Positions 10,077-20,211 are shown, counted from the first letter of the stretch. The stretch: 64,000 nucleotides of DNA from Parcubacteria group bacterium (GCA_943350175.1 CALQZX010000004.1:7214-71213), one strand, 5' to 3'. A program made the numbers and translations. Notes: generated by a model from the letters alone, not told the origin.

Positions 10077-10900
10077 CTTCTATTGAACATGCTTCTAAAC
10101 CAACCCCAGACGCCTTGGTTTTGCATTTCTTCTTGGACAGTATCTTGCAAAGCAGCATTTTGGTCTATTAAAGAAGTAATTGCTGTCTCTAACTGCGCAA
10201 CTTCGGTTTTATCGGTAGTTTCTTCTTGTAGTTTAATCAGCTCTTGAATTCTCAAACGGTTAGCATCAATTTCTTCTGTTACCCCTAGAACTGCCTCTTT
10301 ATCGTAACCAACCATTTTCTTTAACCAAACTTTTTTCTCTTCCATTTTGGCTAGTTTTTCTGCAATTTTCTCTTGAGATTTGACTTGTTCCATTGCAACT
10401 TCTCTAACTTTTTTACCGATGCCCTTGTCATCTTCTTTGGTCTGCAAAAGGATATTAACCTGCTTAGCAACTTCGCTCATACGGCCTCTGGCAGAATCGC
10501 TAGCATCATCACTATCCAAATCGTCTCTCATTTCTTTTTTAACTTCGTCTTTAATTTCTTCTCTTTTTTCTTTGAGATCGTCCTTAACTTCTTTTTTCTT
10601 TTCAATTAAATCGTTTTTGATTTCTCTAGTTTCCTTGGCTTGCTCTCTAATTTTCTCTTCTCTTTTCTTAATTTCTTCAATGGAACTTTTGATTTCTTCT
10701 TTTTTCTCCATCTTTATTTCTTTTTTCTCTACTTTTTCAAATCTAATCTCTTCTTTTTTTTCCTCTTTATCCTCTGATTTCTGCTCTTCCTTCACCTCAA
10801 CTTCAGAAGAACCATCTTCTCCATCTTTAGCATAAGAAGAATTAACAGAAACAAATAAAGAGAGAATCATCAAAGACAAAACAATTGGAAACTTTTTCAT
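10073..10900 (-). CDS. Secreted Glu/Lys-rich coiled-coil protein
   Basis: Signal peptide MKKFPIVLSL..SYA after SD AAAGGAG; C-terminal GVWGWFRSMF. Confidence 0.7.
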   Translation of the reverse strand: MKKFPIVLSLMILSLFVSVNSSYAKDGEDGSSEVEVKEEQKSEDKEEKKEEIRFEKVEKKEIKMEKKEEIKSSIEEIKKREEKIREQAKETREIKNDLIEKKKEVKDDLKEKREEIKDEVKKEMRDDLDSDDASDSARGRMSEVAKQVNILLQTKEDDKGIGKKVREVAMEQVKSQEKIAEKLAKMEEKKVWLKKMVGYDKEAVLGVTEEIDANRLRIQELIKLQEETTDKTEVAQLETAITSLIDQNAALQDTVQEEMQNQGVWGWFRSMFNRS

Positions 10901-10940
10901 GGCAGACTCCTTTGTATATTTTATGAGTCCAGTATACAGA

Positions 10941-11525
10941 CTATTCAATACAACAATCAATGGCTTTCTTCACCATGGCGCCGAGTTTATCGAAGACACT
11001 CACGCTACCTTTGCTTTTGGCTGGAGTAGATTCTGAAATTAATTCAATTTTATCTGACATTTTGCTGGCTTGAGAATTGCCGGCTTTTGTAGAAGAACCA
11101 AGATTAACAACGCCCATATTTAAACCCCAGAACAAAGAGTAGAGGTCGTAAGATTTTTTGAACAAATCTTCAGCTTCTTTTTTATCACCCTTGGTCAAAG
11201 CTTTTGTACCAACTTCCATCAAACGCATCGAGGAAGCTAACAAGTGTTTACTGATGCACCAAACTTCACCCTCATACTCTTTGATGATTTTTTTAAGTAA
11301 CTGCTTGCGGATCTCTCTGACTTCGTAGAGTAAATCATAATAACTTGATTTACCAGTCTTATTGGCAGTAAAAAACAAATGTTCTTCGATGCTGATTAAG
11401 TTCATGATGGCAATCGATAAATCCTCATCAGAAGATAAATCGAGCTTTTCACCATGCTCCATTTTTTTGACTTTGTCCATGAAGCCATCGATATCCAAAG
11501 ACATTGTTTTTTTAGCGTCAGACAT
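10941..11525 (-). CDS. Helical hypothetical protein with EEH, WCISKH and C-terminal DCCIE motifs
   Basis: Intact ORF, last gene of a three-gene thiol-motif operon. Confidence 0.7.
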   Translation of the reverse strand: MSDAKKTMSLDIDGFMDKVKKMEHGEKLDLSSDEDLSIAIMNLISIEEHLFFTANKTGKSSYYDLLYEVREIRKQLLKKIIKEYEGEVWCISKHLLASSMRLMEVGTKALTKGDKKEAEDLFKKSYDLYSLFWGLNMGVVNLGSSTKAGNSQASKMSDKIELISESTPAKSKGSVSVFDKLGAMVKKAIDCCIE

Positions 11526-11533
11526 AAAACCTT

Positions 11534-12040
11534 TCAGCGTGTAATCAAGAAAAAGATCACGCTAGAGATACTAAGTAAAAGAACAGGACAGATTACTCTT
11601 TGAAAATAAATAAATACTTTACCTTCATTGAGAGTGCGCAAATATTTGTCTAAAAAGACACCGGCCGTAAAAACTATTGATCCAACGGCTGTGCCAAACA
11701 GAATCTTATCAACACCGAGGAATTTATTTGCCTCATGACCAATCATGCCCATCCAAAACAATGGAGGAATGACTAAGAGATAAAACAACACAATGGAAAA
11801 AGCCGTCTTATAAGGAATTCTCCATGTCTTACTTTCTAACCAATTAGCTGTCCACAGAGCACTAGAAAGAATCAAGGCCCCAATCCATAGACCGGTTACA
11901 ACATCATCTATTCCAAGATAACGAGAAAAACCCAGACCAGCTCCGACGGCAACAGTGCAAATAGGACACACAGCCTGCGCTTGGGGAGCAAAAAACAGAA
12001 AAGCTACTAAAAACAATAAGAGGCTAGTTACTAATTGCAC
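11534..12040 (-). CDS. Membrane protein with N-terminal CPIC motif
   Basis: Signal-like segment, then VCPICT and several TM helices; start placed at GTG 12040 (AGAGGGG upstream). Confidence 0.7.
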   Translation of the reverse strand: MQLVTSLLLFLVAFLFFAPQAQAVCPICTVAVGAGLGFSRYLGIDDVVTGLWIGALILSSALWTANWLESKTWRIPYKTAFSIVLFYLLVIPPLFWMGMIGHEANKFLGVDKILFGTAVGSIVFTAGVFLDKYLRTLNEGKVFIYFQRVICPVLLLSISSVIFFLITR

Positions 12041-12485
12041 TTGAAGTCCCCTCTGGTGAAATACCGGATTGACTGGCTTCACCACTGTCGCTTAGATCAG
12101 CTTTATCGGAAAAATACTTTTCAATGTCTGGAACACCAACTAAACATTTATTTTCTGCATATAAGAATGGAACTCCAATGCTAGAAGTATCCATGTTGCA
12201 ACTTTTGGCAACTTCAGCTAGTTCAGCTGCATTTTGGCGGTTATTCCAAACTTCTTTTTGAGAAAATTTGACTTTTTCTGCAACTTTGTTAGTTTTTAAC
12301 CACTCCTCAACATCCTTACAGTGGGGGCAAGTATCACCATAGTAAAGAATTGGCTCGCCATTACTCAGAGCTTCAATTTTTTCTACAGTCACTTGTTTTT
12401 CTTTATTATTACTACCAACAACCACTATAGACATCAATCCTGCGATTAAAACAACAATGACAAGAGTAATGATTTTTTGTTTCAT
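12024..12485 (-). CDS. Membrane-anchored glutaredoxin/thioredoxin-fold protein
   Basis: N-terminal TM, CPHC, GVPF cis-Pro motif. Confidence 0.8.
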   Translation of the reverse strand: MKQKIITLVIVVLIAGLMSIVVVGSNNKEKQVTVEKIEALSNGEPILYYGDTCPHCKDVEEWLKTNKVAEKVKFSQKEVWNNRQNAAELAEVAKSCNMDTSSIGVPFLYAENKCLVGVPDIEKYFSDKADLSDSGEASQSGISPEGTSSAISN

Positions 12486-12545
12486 ATTTTATTTAGACTT
12501 ATAGTTGGACTAAAGCTTATTATAAAAGACTCAAATAAGCAATCT

Positions 12546-13154
12546 TTAAAAACCCAAAGTTTCCTCGACTAAAATTACTTTCACTCTGCCTGGAGCAGCT
12601 TCTCTTTCAAAGATTATCCATTTGCCAAGCATACTGCCCATGCCATAAGCGGCCATGGCTCTTTTATTTTCTTTTGGAAAAACGTATTCTCTGATTCGTT
12701 GCATTGCTTCTTCGATGTTTCTGGTAATTTTTTGTGAACCAATGACTAAAATCAATTTTTTGGCAGCAAATGGCATTGCTCCAACTCTACTTCCAGTAGC
12801 ATCAACGGCCACTAACGCTCCGTCTTCTGTGACAGCGTTAACACTGGAAATAAAATAATCGGCGGTAAGAGAACTACGACGCAAATCTTGTCTTTTGCTT
12901 TCATCATTTTCCTGTCCAATTTTTGCTTGTAGTGAAACAAATTTAGAATCTTTTGAAGCCAAGTAATCACTTAAACCTATTTCATTCAAAGTTGTTGATG
13001 AGCCAGTCATAACCTCACTACTATCTGGCAAAGAATTTTTGACTGCTTCTAGAGCTTGCGCTTTTGAAGAAACAATTTCCACTTCAAAATTTCTTTCTTT
13101 CATTTTGAGAGCTAACTCTTTAAGTTGTTTTTTACTATATATCTGATCAAACAT
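12546..13154 (-). CDS. LUD-domain (lactate-utilisation-like) protein
   Basis: GSSTTL, SSVNAVTEDG, DATGSRV, GSQKI. Confidence 0.8.
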   Translation of the reverse strand: MFDQIYSKKQLKELALKMKERNFEVEIVSSKAQALEAVKNSLPDSSEVMTGSSTTLNEIGLSDYLASKDSKFVSLQAKIGQENDESKRQDLRRSSLTADYFISSVNAVTEDGALVAVDATGSRVGAMPFAAKKLILVIGSQKITRNIEEAMQRIREYVFPKENKRAMAAYGMGSMLGKWIIFEREAAPGRVKVILVEETLGF

Positions 13155-13202
13155 GTGTTTTTTCCTTGTTAATTCTTAATGATTGTTTTATAATAAGCTA
13201 TA

Positions 13203-13239
13203 AAGTTACAAAAATAAAGTAGGTACTAAAAAGTAACTT
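13203..13239. promoter_or_regulatory. Putative operator for the HxlR/DUF24 regulator
   Basis: AAGTTAC...GTAACTT inverted repeat with inner TAC..GTA half-sites between divergent genes. Confidence 0.45.
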
Positions 13240-13247
13240 AAACAATC

Positions 13248-13550
13248 ATGGCAAAAAAACAATGTCCTCTTCAAAAATTTCTTGAACAATTGGGTGGTAA
13301 ATGGAACATGGTAATTCTGTGGCATTTGACTGAAGAAAAAACCGGCTTCAATGATCTTAAAAAAGCCATTGGTCCCATTTCAGCCAAAGTTCTTTCTGAA
13401 AAGCTCAAGGATCTTAAGAGAAACAAACTCATCACTCGTAAAACCCTTGGTGGCAATCCTCCTCACGTTAAGTATGAGCTGACCAAAAAAGGTCAATCCC
13501 TCTTGCCGATCATCAAAGTCCTACATGACTGGGGTGAAGAGAATCTTTAA
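13248..13550 (+). CDS. HxlR/DUF24 winged-helix regulator
   Basis: N-terminal CP, LGGKWN, ISAKVLS, PPHVKYELTKKG, WG. Confidence 0.9.
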   Translation: MAKKQCPLQKFLEQLGGKWNMVILWHLTEEKTGFNDLKKAIGPISAKVLSEKLKDLKRNKLITRKTLGGNPPHVKYELTKKGQSLLPIIKVLHDWGEENL

Positions 13551-13577
13551 TCTTTAATTTTTTATTTGAATCTTGAG

Positions 13578-14429
13578 CTAAACAACCAGAAAGTATAAGC
13601 TCGCTAAAATCCCAATAATTCCGAAGATCTTTTGTTTTGAAAGATCATCTTTGAAAATCAGGGCCGACAATAAAGCAACGCTCATCATAGAAGAAACGTT
13701 AATAGCTGAGACATAGCCAATGTTTGGAGCAACTCTGTATGCCAGCTGCATGGAGAAGTTAACAACCATTGAAAAAACTCCAATTAAAATTGCCAGTAAA
13801 AATTGTTTCTTTGACAAATTTAAAGAAATTTTTTGTTTTTTAAAATCAAAAAAGTTTAATATGGCGACAAAAATAGTAATATAAAAAAGGTAAACAAATG
13901 GCTGTATTCCCAAATTTAAGAAGTGCTTCAAAACCAAGGAGCCAAAAGCAAAACACAAATTAGCTAATAAAGAAAAATACACCCATTTATCATCATGAGT
14001 CTTCTTTCCCTTGGGGGAAATTGCAATCATCATCGAAAAAAATAAGATAAATAGAATTGCAATAAATTTTTTAAAACTGAATTCTGAATCAAATAAAAAG
14101 ACTGCAGCGACTGTTGTGAGAGCCACATAGCTTTTTTGCAAAATCAGGCTATAGCCTGGATTTGGAGCAAGCAAAACTGCTTTTTGTGAGAAAAGATTGC
14201 CAAGATAACTATAAAAAAAAGCTGCTGTTATCACTAATAAAAAATGCTGAGGAGAAAGCAACAAGGATAATCCTGTGACTTTGGCAGCAAAAAAATAAAT
14301 AATACTTGGCACCAAAAACAAAGTAATCGAATAAAAACTAATTGGAATGTTTTGTTTTTGCGCCAAACGAATTAATAAATATAAAACATTGGAAGCTAAA
14401 AACATCAGGGCGGCGTAAAAAATCCACAT
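13578..14429 (-). CDS. EamA/DMT family transporter
   Basis: About ten TM helices in two repeats (APNPGY / APNIGY). Confidence 0.8.
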   Translation of the reverse strand: MWIFYAALMFLASNVLYLLIRLAQKQNIPISFYSITLFLVPSIIYFFAAKVTGLSLLLSPQHFLLVITAAFFYSYLGNLFSQKAVLLAPNPGYSLILQKSYVALTTVAAVFLFDSEFSFKKFIAILFILFFSMMIAISPKGKKTHDDKWVYFSLLANLCFAFGSLVLKHFLNLGIQPFVYLFYITIFVAILNFFDFKKQKISLNLSKKQFLLAILIGVFSMVVNFSMQLAYRVAPNIGYVSAINVSSMMSVALLSALIFKDDLSKQKIFGIIGILASLYFLVV

Positions 14430-14515
14430 GTTTTTGAGTATAACATTTGCCGCGGTGTTATACTAAATATAATTATCAACTTAATAAGAAAGGAAAAACA
14501 TAAAAATTCATACTG

Positions 14516-14740
14516 AGCGTGTGGCCATTTTCTTTTATTGAAAATGGAGACGAGGAAGAGGGATGTTGTTTAATCAAGCTGATTGAACAACGATCGGACC
14601 TGCAAGCAAATTTCAAATTTACGAAGCAGAGCATCTACGGAGACCCTTTGGGTGGTTGATAGTTCAAAAAAACAAAGATCCATCCATTAAAAATTAAGAT
14701 TAAATCAACAAAGTCTTAATTTAAAAATCTTAAAATTATC
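14516..14740 (+). ncRNA. glmS ribozyme-riboswitch, variant with insertions
   Basis: In the glmS leader: A|GCG start (14516/17), P1 CCATTTTC/GAAAATGG, GACGAGG (14549-55), P2 AAGAGGG/CCCTTT, ATCG, P2.2 CGTG/TACG; 3' boundary approximate. Confidence 0.8.
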
Positions 14741-14766
14741 ATTAATTTAATAAAAAAGGAATATCT

Positions 14767-16524
14767 ATGTGTGGTATCTACGCCTGTTTAGGCAATTCTG
14801 ACGCAACTAGTAAAGTTTTAGCGGGACTTAAAAGAATTGAGTATCGTGGTTATGATTCTTGGGGCATCGCCATCTGTAATGACGAAATTGAAATTGAAAA
14901 ACACGTTGGCAAAATTAGCGCCATTGAAAAATTAAGTTTGGCAGACAGCAATAACGCCATTGGCCACACTCGCTGGGCTACTCATGGGGGCGTTACACAA
15001 AAAAATGCTCATCCCCACTTGGCACAAAATGGCAGTTTTGCTCTCGTGCAAAATGGCGTCTTGGAAAACTACCAAGAATTAAAAAAAGAGCTGCAAAAAG
15101 ATGATTATAAATTTCAAACAGAAACTGACACTGAGGTTATCGTTGCTTTATTGGAAAAAGAATGTGGAAAAACAATAGATTTGGAAAAATTTAGTAGAAC
15201 AATAAAGAGACTAGCTGGAAGAAATACCATTCTTGTTTTAACTAAGACTGGCGAAGTTTGGGTTTATCGCCAGGGTTCACCATTAATTATTGGCCAAGGA
15301 GAACGTGGAGATTTCTATTTTTCTTCAGACTTAGCTTCCATGAGTCTGGATGCAAAAAAATATCGCGTCATAGAAAATCAGGAAATCATTCACTTTGATG
15401 GAAAAAATTTAGAATCTTTTCAGTCTAAAGATCTGACACCTAAACAGATCATCTTTCAAATCATGGACCAGCAAGCCTTGGAAATAGACAAAGGTAGCTT
15501 TGCTCATTTCATGCTCAAAGAAATTCACGAACAAGAAGAAAGCTTCCTCAAAATATTAAGTAAAAGTGAAGAATTATTTCCAAAGATTGCAGAAAAAATT
15601 GAATTATCAAGAAATATTTATGTTGTTGGTGCTGGTTCAGCTAGCTACGCTGCTGCCAGTATTGTTTTTAATCTGAGAGCAAATAGAAAAAACGTTTATC
15701 ATGTTCCCGCTTATGATTCTGCAGATTTTGCTGCAATCTTTAACGAAAAAGACATGGCGATCGTGCTTAGTCAAAGTGGCGAAACAGCTGACACCATTGA
15801 AGCTATTGAGCAAATGAAAACTAAGGGAGTTTTTATCGTCTCGGTCGTCAATATGCCATCCTCAACTTTAATGAACATGGCAGATATCGCCTATCCGCTC
15901 AATGTGGGCGCAGAAATTGGAGTCGCCAGTAGCAAAGCGCTGACAGGCCACATGCTTTTTGGTATGGCTCTAGCTGACTATCTTGAAAATAAAAACTTCT
16001 CCTTCAAAAAAGAGGTGGAGAAATTTTCCAAACAATTAGGCGAGTGGTTTGGTAACGAAAAAATCATGAACGACATTAAAAAAATCGCCCAATTACTCAG
16101 TCAAAAAAATGACCTCTACATCTTGGGGCGTGGCCAACTTCTAGCTAGTGCTCTGGAATTTGCTCTTAAAATCAAAGAGGTTTCCTATATTCACGCTGAA
16201 GGTTTTAGCGCTGGTGAACTCAAGCACGGTGTCATTGCTTTAATTGAAAAAGAAACGCCAGTGATTTGTTTGGTCAATAAGTTGACCAGAGAAGACATGA
16301 TTAGCAGTGCACATGAGGTCAAAGCGCGAGGAGCTAGAGTTATTGGTATTGCTACTAAAAACGAGGATATTTTTGATGATTTCATCGAGCTGCCACAGGC
16401 GGAAAAATTTGCCAATTTAAGTAGCATCATCGTTGCTCAGTTGCTCACTTACGAAATAGCCTTGATCAAAAATCTAGATCCAGATAAACCAAGAAATTTG
16501 GCCAAAAGCGTAACGGTAAAATAA
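14767..16524 (+). CDS. glmS: Glutamine-fructose-6-phosphate transaminase
   Basis: MCGI, EYRGYDS, GHTRWATHG, SQSGETADT, GELKHG, PRNLAKSVTV. Confidence 0.97.
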   Translation: MCGIYACLGNSDATSKVLAGLKRIEYRGYDSWGIAICNDEIEIEKHVGKISAIEKLSLADSNNAIGHTRWATHGGVTQKNAHPHLAQNGSFALVQNGVLENYQELKKELQKDDYKFQTETDTEVIVALLEKECGKTIDLEKFSRTIKRLAGRNTILVLTKTGEVWVYRQGSPLIIGQGERGDFYFSSDLASMSLDAKKYRVIENQEIIHFDGKNLESFQSKDLTPKQIIFQIMDQQALEIDKGSFAHFMLKEIHEQEESFLKILSKSEELFPKIAEKIELSRNIYVVGAGSASYAAASIVFNLRANRKNVYHVPAYDSADFAAIFNEKDMAIVLSQSGETADTIEAIEQMKTKGVFIVSVVNMPSSTLMNMADIAYPLNVGAEIGVASSKALTGHMLFGMALADYLENKNFSFKKEVEKFSKQLGEWFGNEKIMNDIKKIAQLLSQKNDLYILGRGQLLASALEFALKIKEVSYIHAEGFSAGELKHGVIALIEKETPVICLVNKLTREDMISSAHEVKARGARVIGIATKNEDIFDDFIELPQAEKFANLSSIIVAQLLTYEIALIKNLDPDKPRNLAKSVTVK

Positions 16525-16528
16525 AAAA

Positions 16529-16990
16529 TTACTTGCCAATGCCTTCAAAGAGATTAAGCATTTCTGGTTTTTTAATGCCTCGAATGATATTAACCTGAAA
16601 ATTTAAGTCATTAGACAAATCATCAATGCGAATTTTTCTAGTCCTTAATAAATGAGGTAAATCATCTCTGGAAAGAGAAATTACTACGTTGGCGACACCT
16701 GCTTGAAAAATTGCTGAAGCACACATTAAACAAGGCTCATTAGTGCAATAAATCACACAATTACTTAAATTATTTGTGTTTAAATTTTTGCAAGCAGCTT
16801 TGATTGCTCTAATCTCCGCGTGATCAGTGATGTCTCCACCAGTTTTTTCCGTTACTCTGCCTGCTCCTACAATTAGATTGTCTTTCACAACGACGCAACC
16901 AAACGGCCAATCGCCTGATGCTTTTGCTTGTCTGGCTTCCTCTATTGCTAAATTCATAAATTTTTCATGATCTAAAATGTTTTGATTCAT
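16529..16990 (-). CDS. Zn-dependent nucleoside/nucleotide deaminase (TadA/GuaD-like)
   Basis: PFG, HAE, EPCLMC. Confidence 0.85.
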   Translation of the reverse strand: MNQNILDHEKFMNLAIEEARQAKASGDWPFGCVVVKDNLIVGAGRVTEKTGGDITDHAEIRAIKAACKNLNTNNLSNCVIYCTNEPCLMCASAIFQAGVANVVISLSRDDLPHLLRTRKIRIDDLSNDLNFQVNIIRGIKKPEMLNLFEGIGK

Positions 16991-17419
16991 TTAAAACTTC
17001 TCCTTATATTTTTCATAAGCAACTTGAAATTGTGAGTGCATTGGGCCTGGCAGATCATTCATCTTTCGCCAAATCAATTCATCAAATTTATGAGGCTCGT
17101 TATTTTTGACTTCACTTCGATTGACTAAAACTTTGAAGTCCAAGGCAATCCAATGCGTTTTTTGCCCCTTATTTAAGCGGTGCATTTCACGCATGCCTAA
17201 AAATTCGTATTTCATTGGTTTGGCGTTATATTCTTCTCGCAATTCGCGATGAAGTAATTGATCAATGGTTTCGTTTAATTCTAAAAGTCCACCACCTGGA
17301 TCATAACAGCCGTTTTCATCGCGACAGTTTTGACTTCTCTTACTAAACAAGTAATTGCCATTGCCATCATGGCAAAAAAAGACGATCGCAATAGCCGGAT
17401 AATCAATACCTGGATTCAT
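16991..17419 (-). CDS. NUDIX hydrolase
   Basis: PGGG...E...RELREE, NNEPHK. Confidence 0.85.
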   Translation of the reverse strand: MNPGIDYPAIAIVFFCHDGNGNYLFSKRSQNCRDENGCYDPGGGLLELNETIDQLLHRELREEYNAKPMKYEFLGMREMHRLNKGQKTHWIALDFKVLVNRSEVKNNEPHKFDELIWRKMNDLPGPMHSQFQVAYEKYKEKF

Positions 17420-17437
17420 AAATTAATTTTAACACTC

Positions 17438-17947
17438 CTAAACATTCCTCGCATCATAAGCCCAGTGTAATAAAGCCTGGCGCTGTCTTTTGCGACAAGC
17501 AAAATCGCCAGGCATGCAATTGCGCTCCACTTGGACCAGATGACGACGGAACATTCGCCATCTTTTGATTTGTCTTTGGTCTTCTCCATCTTGCAAACGT
17601 CTGCCCATAAAATAGCGACAATACCACTGGAACCAACCTCTTGGATCATCTTTATAAATCCAGCCTTTGGCCTGCCAAACAGACAGTGGTTGACTTGCAT
17701 TAACTTTAAAAAAATTTAATGTAGGGTCATGAAATTCATGACATAACTTGGCATCAGCGAACCAACTCTTGGGGAATTCATCAGTACAGTCAGTCATATA
17801 TCTGCCACCAAAAACTCCAAGTTCCAACATTTCTTTGGGGCTTAGCTCTGGTTTAAAATCAGCTTGAAAATTATGACCTTCTAATTCAGAACACTCATAT
17901 TTGTAATCTTTTTGCATTGAATCTTCAACTAAGATCAGTTTGGTCAT
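17438..17947 (-). CDS. Hypothetical protein with DPRGWFQWYCRY motif
   Basis: LSPKEMLELGVFGGRY, DPRGWFQWYCRYFMGRR, RQIKRW, RQALLHWAYD. Confidence 0.75.
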   Translation of the reverse strand: MTKLILVEDSMQKDYKYECSELEGHNFQADFKPELSPKEMLELGVFGGRYMTDCTDEFPKSWFADAKLCHEFHDPTLNFFKVNASQPLSVWQAKGWIYKDDPRGWFQWYCRYFMGRRLQDGEDQRQIKRWRMFRRHLVQVERNCMPGDFACRKRQRQALLHWAYDARNV

Positions 17948-17982
17948 ACTATAAGTTATAATATAAGTGAAAGAAATTTACT

Positions 17983-18768
17983 GTGCAAAAAAATATGAAC
18001 GACACTTCCTGGAACAAAGTTGCTCCATGGTACAACAAAATTGTAGGCAAAGAAGGCCACTATTACCACGAACATGTGGTCATTCCTGGCGTCTTGCGTC
18101 TACTTAATCTAAAAAGCGAAGACACTTTGGTTGATCTGGCTTGTGGTCAAGGCGTACTGGCTCGTAGCATCCCTACAATAAAAAAATACTTAGGTTTGGA
18201 TTTGGCCAAAGAACTCATTAAGGAAGCCAAAGATAGAAATCGTGAGAAAAATTACGAATTTTTGGTTTGTGATCTGAGCAATTTACTAAGAGAAAGAGAA
18301 GAAAAATTTGATAAGGCCACTATTATTTTAGCCCTGCAAAACATCGAACTAGCAGAAAACGTCATCAAAAATGCTGCTAACTATCTCAAGAAAGGTGGCC
18401 AACTCGTCATCGTCCTTAATCACCCAGCTTTTCGTATTCCTCGTCAATCTGGCTGGAGCGTTGATCAACAGAATAAGCAACAACAACGCTTCGTTAATCG
18501 CTATCTATCTCCTTTGAAAATCCCTATCGACATGAATCCTGGCGAAAAAACTGACAACAAAAATCAAGAACAAAACAAAAAAATCACTTGGTCATTTCAC
18601 CACAGTTTACAAGATTACAGTCAAATGCTTTTTCAAGCTGGCTTTATGATTGAAAAAATTGAAGAATGGTCTTCTGACAAAGAAAGCACTGGTAAAGCTG
18701 CTAAGATGGAAAATCGCGCTCGCGCTGAAATTCCACTCTTTATGGCTATCTCAGCAAAGCTTAATTAA
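17983..18768 (+). CDS. Class I SAM-dependent methyltransferase
   Basis: VDLACGQG, GLDLA, LKKGG, HPAF. Confidence 0.88.
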   Translation: MQKNMNDTSWNKVAPWYNKIVGKEGHYYHEHVVIPGVLRLLNLKSEDTLVDLACGQGVLARSIPTIKKYLGLDLAKELIKEAKDRNREKNYEFLVCDLSNLLREREEKFDKATIILALQNIELAENVIKNAANYLKKGGQLVIVLNHPAFRIPRQSGWSVDQQNKQQQRFVNRYLSPLKIPIDMNPGEKTDNKNQEQNKKITWSFHHSLQDYSQMLFQAGFMIEKIEEWSSDKESTGKAAKMENRARAEIPLFMAISAKLN

Positions 18769-20153
18769 AGAGACTCCAGTAATTCAAACATTTTATTCTC
18801 AATCTCATTTGCTTTTTTCTTGTTGCTGGCAAAAACAACGTAAGCAAAAGCGCTCTGAGAAAGTAAATTAGCGGAAGCAATCACCACACCTTCTTTGGTT
18901 TTTTTATTAAATAGAAGCGGAGATAATAAATCTAAAACTTGCTTGAAACTTGGTCTGGCGCCAGCTTTTAATTCATAAGCATTGTTAGATAAGATGTGAC
19001 TATCAGTAAAAAAATCTTTACCAATTAAACTGTTAGCCATTTGATAAACGTGAGTTCCACCAGTTCGACGCACATTTGATTCTGACACATAAATTTCACC
19101 ATTTTTCGCTGCCACCATATCCACATCAAAATAGCCACGATAACCAAGTGACGCATATTGCTCAGCAATAAAGAAGCCAGTATCAATAATCCTAGCCCCA
19201 ATGCGATCATTAATAATATCCTCATTGATTTCAACACCTAAAAAAGTACCATTTGGCAACATTCTCATCCCGCAATAATATAAGAATTCTATGCGGCCAC
19301 TTTTTTGAATCTTAAACTCCACACTAGGAGTGCCACCGCCAACTGCTTGATTTACATTGACCAAACTTTCTACAATAATTGGAAATTTATCCCAATATTC
19401 GTTTTGTTTGAGAATGTTGAGAATTGCTTTTTGACAATTTTGGTAATCACCAGGCAAATCTCCAGGGCGAAAAATCAAAACTCCCATGCCGGTGTGGCCT
19501 TTATTGGTTTTTAAAACCACCCCAGCTTCTTTAACATATTTTTGAGCAGCAATTCTAGACGCATCAAGAGATTGCACACAGATTAAACCATCGGCCATCA
19601 TTAAATCTGGCTCAAGGGCAGCGCTTTTTTGTGCCAATTGTCTAATACCAGATTTACTACCAAAGAAATTTACACACCAAGCACTTTCCTCAGTCGGAGC
19701 CTCTGGAGTATAGACTTCAATGCCATAGTTTTTCAATTCATTAATTAACTGAAAAAATTGTGGTGAGACAGCATAACTAGTCAGAGTTAATTTTTTAGCT
19801 CCATTGGATAAGTCGACGAGTTGTTTAAAAAGATTTCTATCCTGAATGATATCTAAACAAATTTCCCCAGAGTGTTTGTTAGGAACTAAAATATTCCACT
19901 TCTTTTTGCCGGTTATTTGAGAAACATATTGCAAAAAATCATCATCAATTTTTCTAGGAGTAATAATTGTCAAATTATTTTCATCTACATTACTAAATAA
20001 ATCTCGATCAGCCAAATTGGCACAAACATCAACTTCAGCACGTTGTTCAACAATGTTGCTCATCGCAGAAATAAAAGGCCACACATCTTCAGCCATATTG
20101 AAAATATAGACTGCTTGCTCTGACTTAATTACTTCATTAGAATCGTTTTTCAT
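18765..20153 (-). CDS. ATP-grasp ligase, pre-ATP-grasp/PGM1-like (paralog 1)
   Basis: GSKSG, VLKTNKGHTGMG, IVES, GYFDVD, ESNVR; start taken at ATG 20153. Confidence 0.7.
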   Translation of the reverse strand: MKNDSNEVIKSEQAVYIFNMAEDVWPFISAMSNIVEQRAEVDVCANLADRDLFSNVDENNLTIITPRKIDDDFLQYVSQITGKKKWNILVPNKHSGEICLDIIQDRNLFKQLVDLSNGAKKLTLTSYAVSPQFFQLINELKNYGIEVYTPEAPTEESAWCVNFFGSKSGIRQLAQKSAALEPDLMMADGLICVQSLDASRIAAQKYVKEAGVVLKTNKGHTGMGVLIFRPGDLPGDYQNCQKAILNILKQNEYWDKFPIIVESLVNVNQAVGGGTPSVEFKIQKSGRIEFLYYCGMRMLPNGTFLGVEINEDIINDRIGARIIDTGFFIAEQYASLGYRGYFDVDMVAAKNGEIYVSESNVRRTGGTHVYQMANSLIGKDFFTDSHILSNNAYELKAGARPSFKQVLDLLSPLLFNKKTKEGVVIASANLLSQSAFAYVVFASNKKKANEIENKMFELLESL

Positions 20154-20211
20154 AATTTTATTCGATAATTTTATCACTTTTCAAAGTCAATGAAAGGTTA
20201 TAATAAACCAA

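Noticed and set aside
10373-10835. Ser/Phe-rich + strand ORFs
   Set aside because: Antisense shadows of the Glu/Lys-rich gene.
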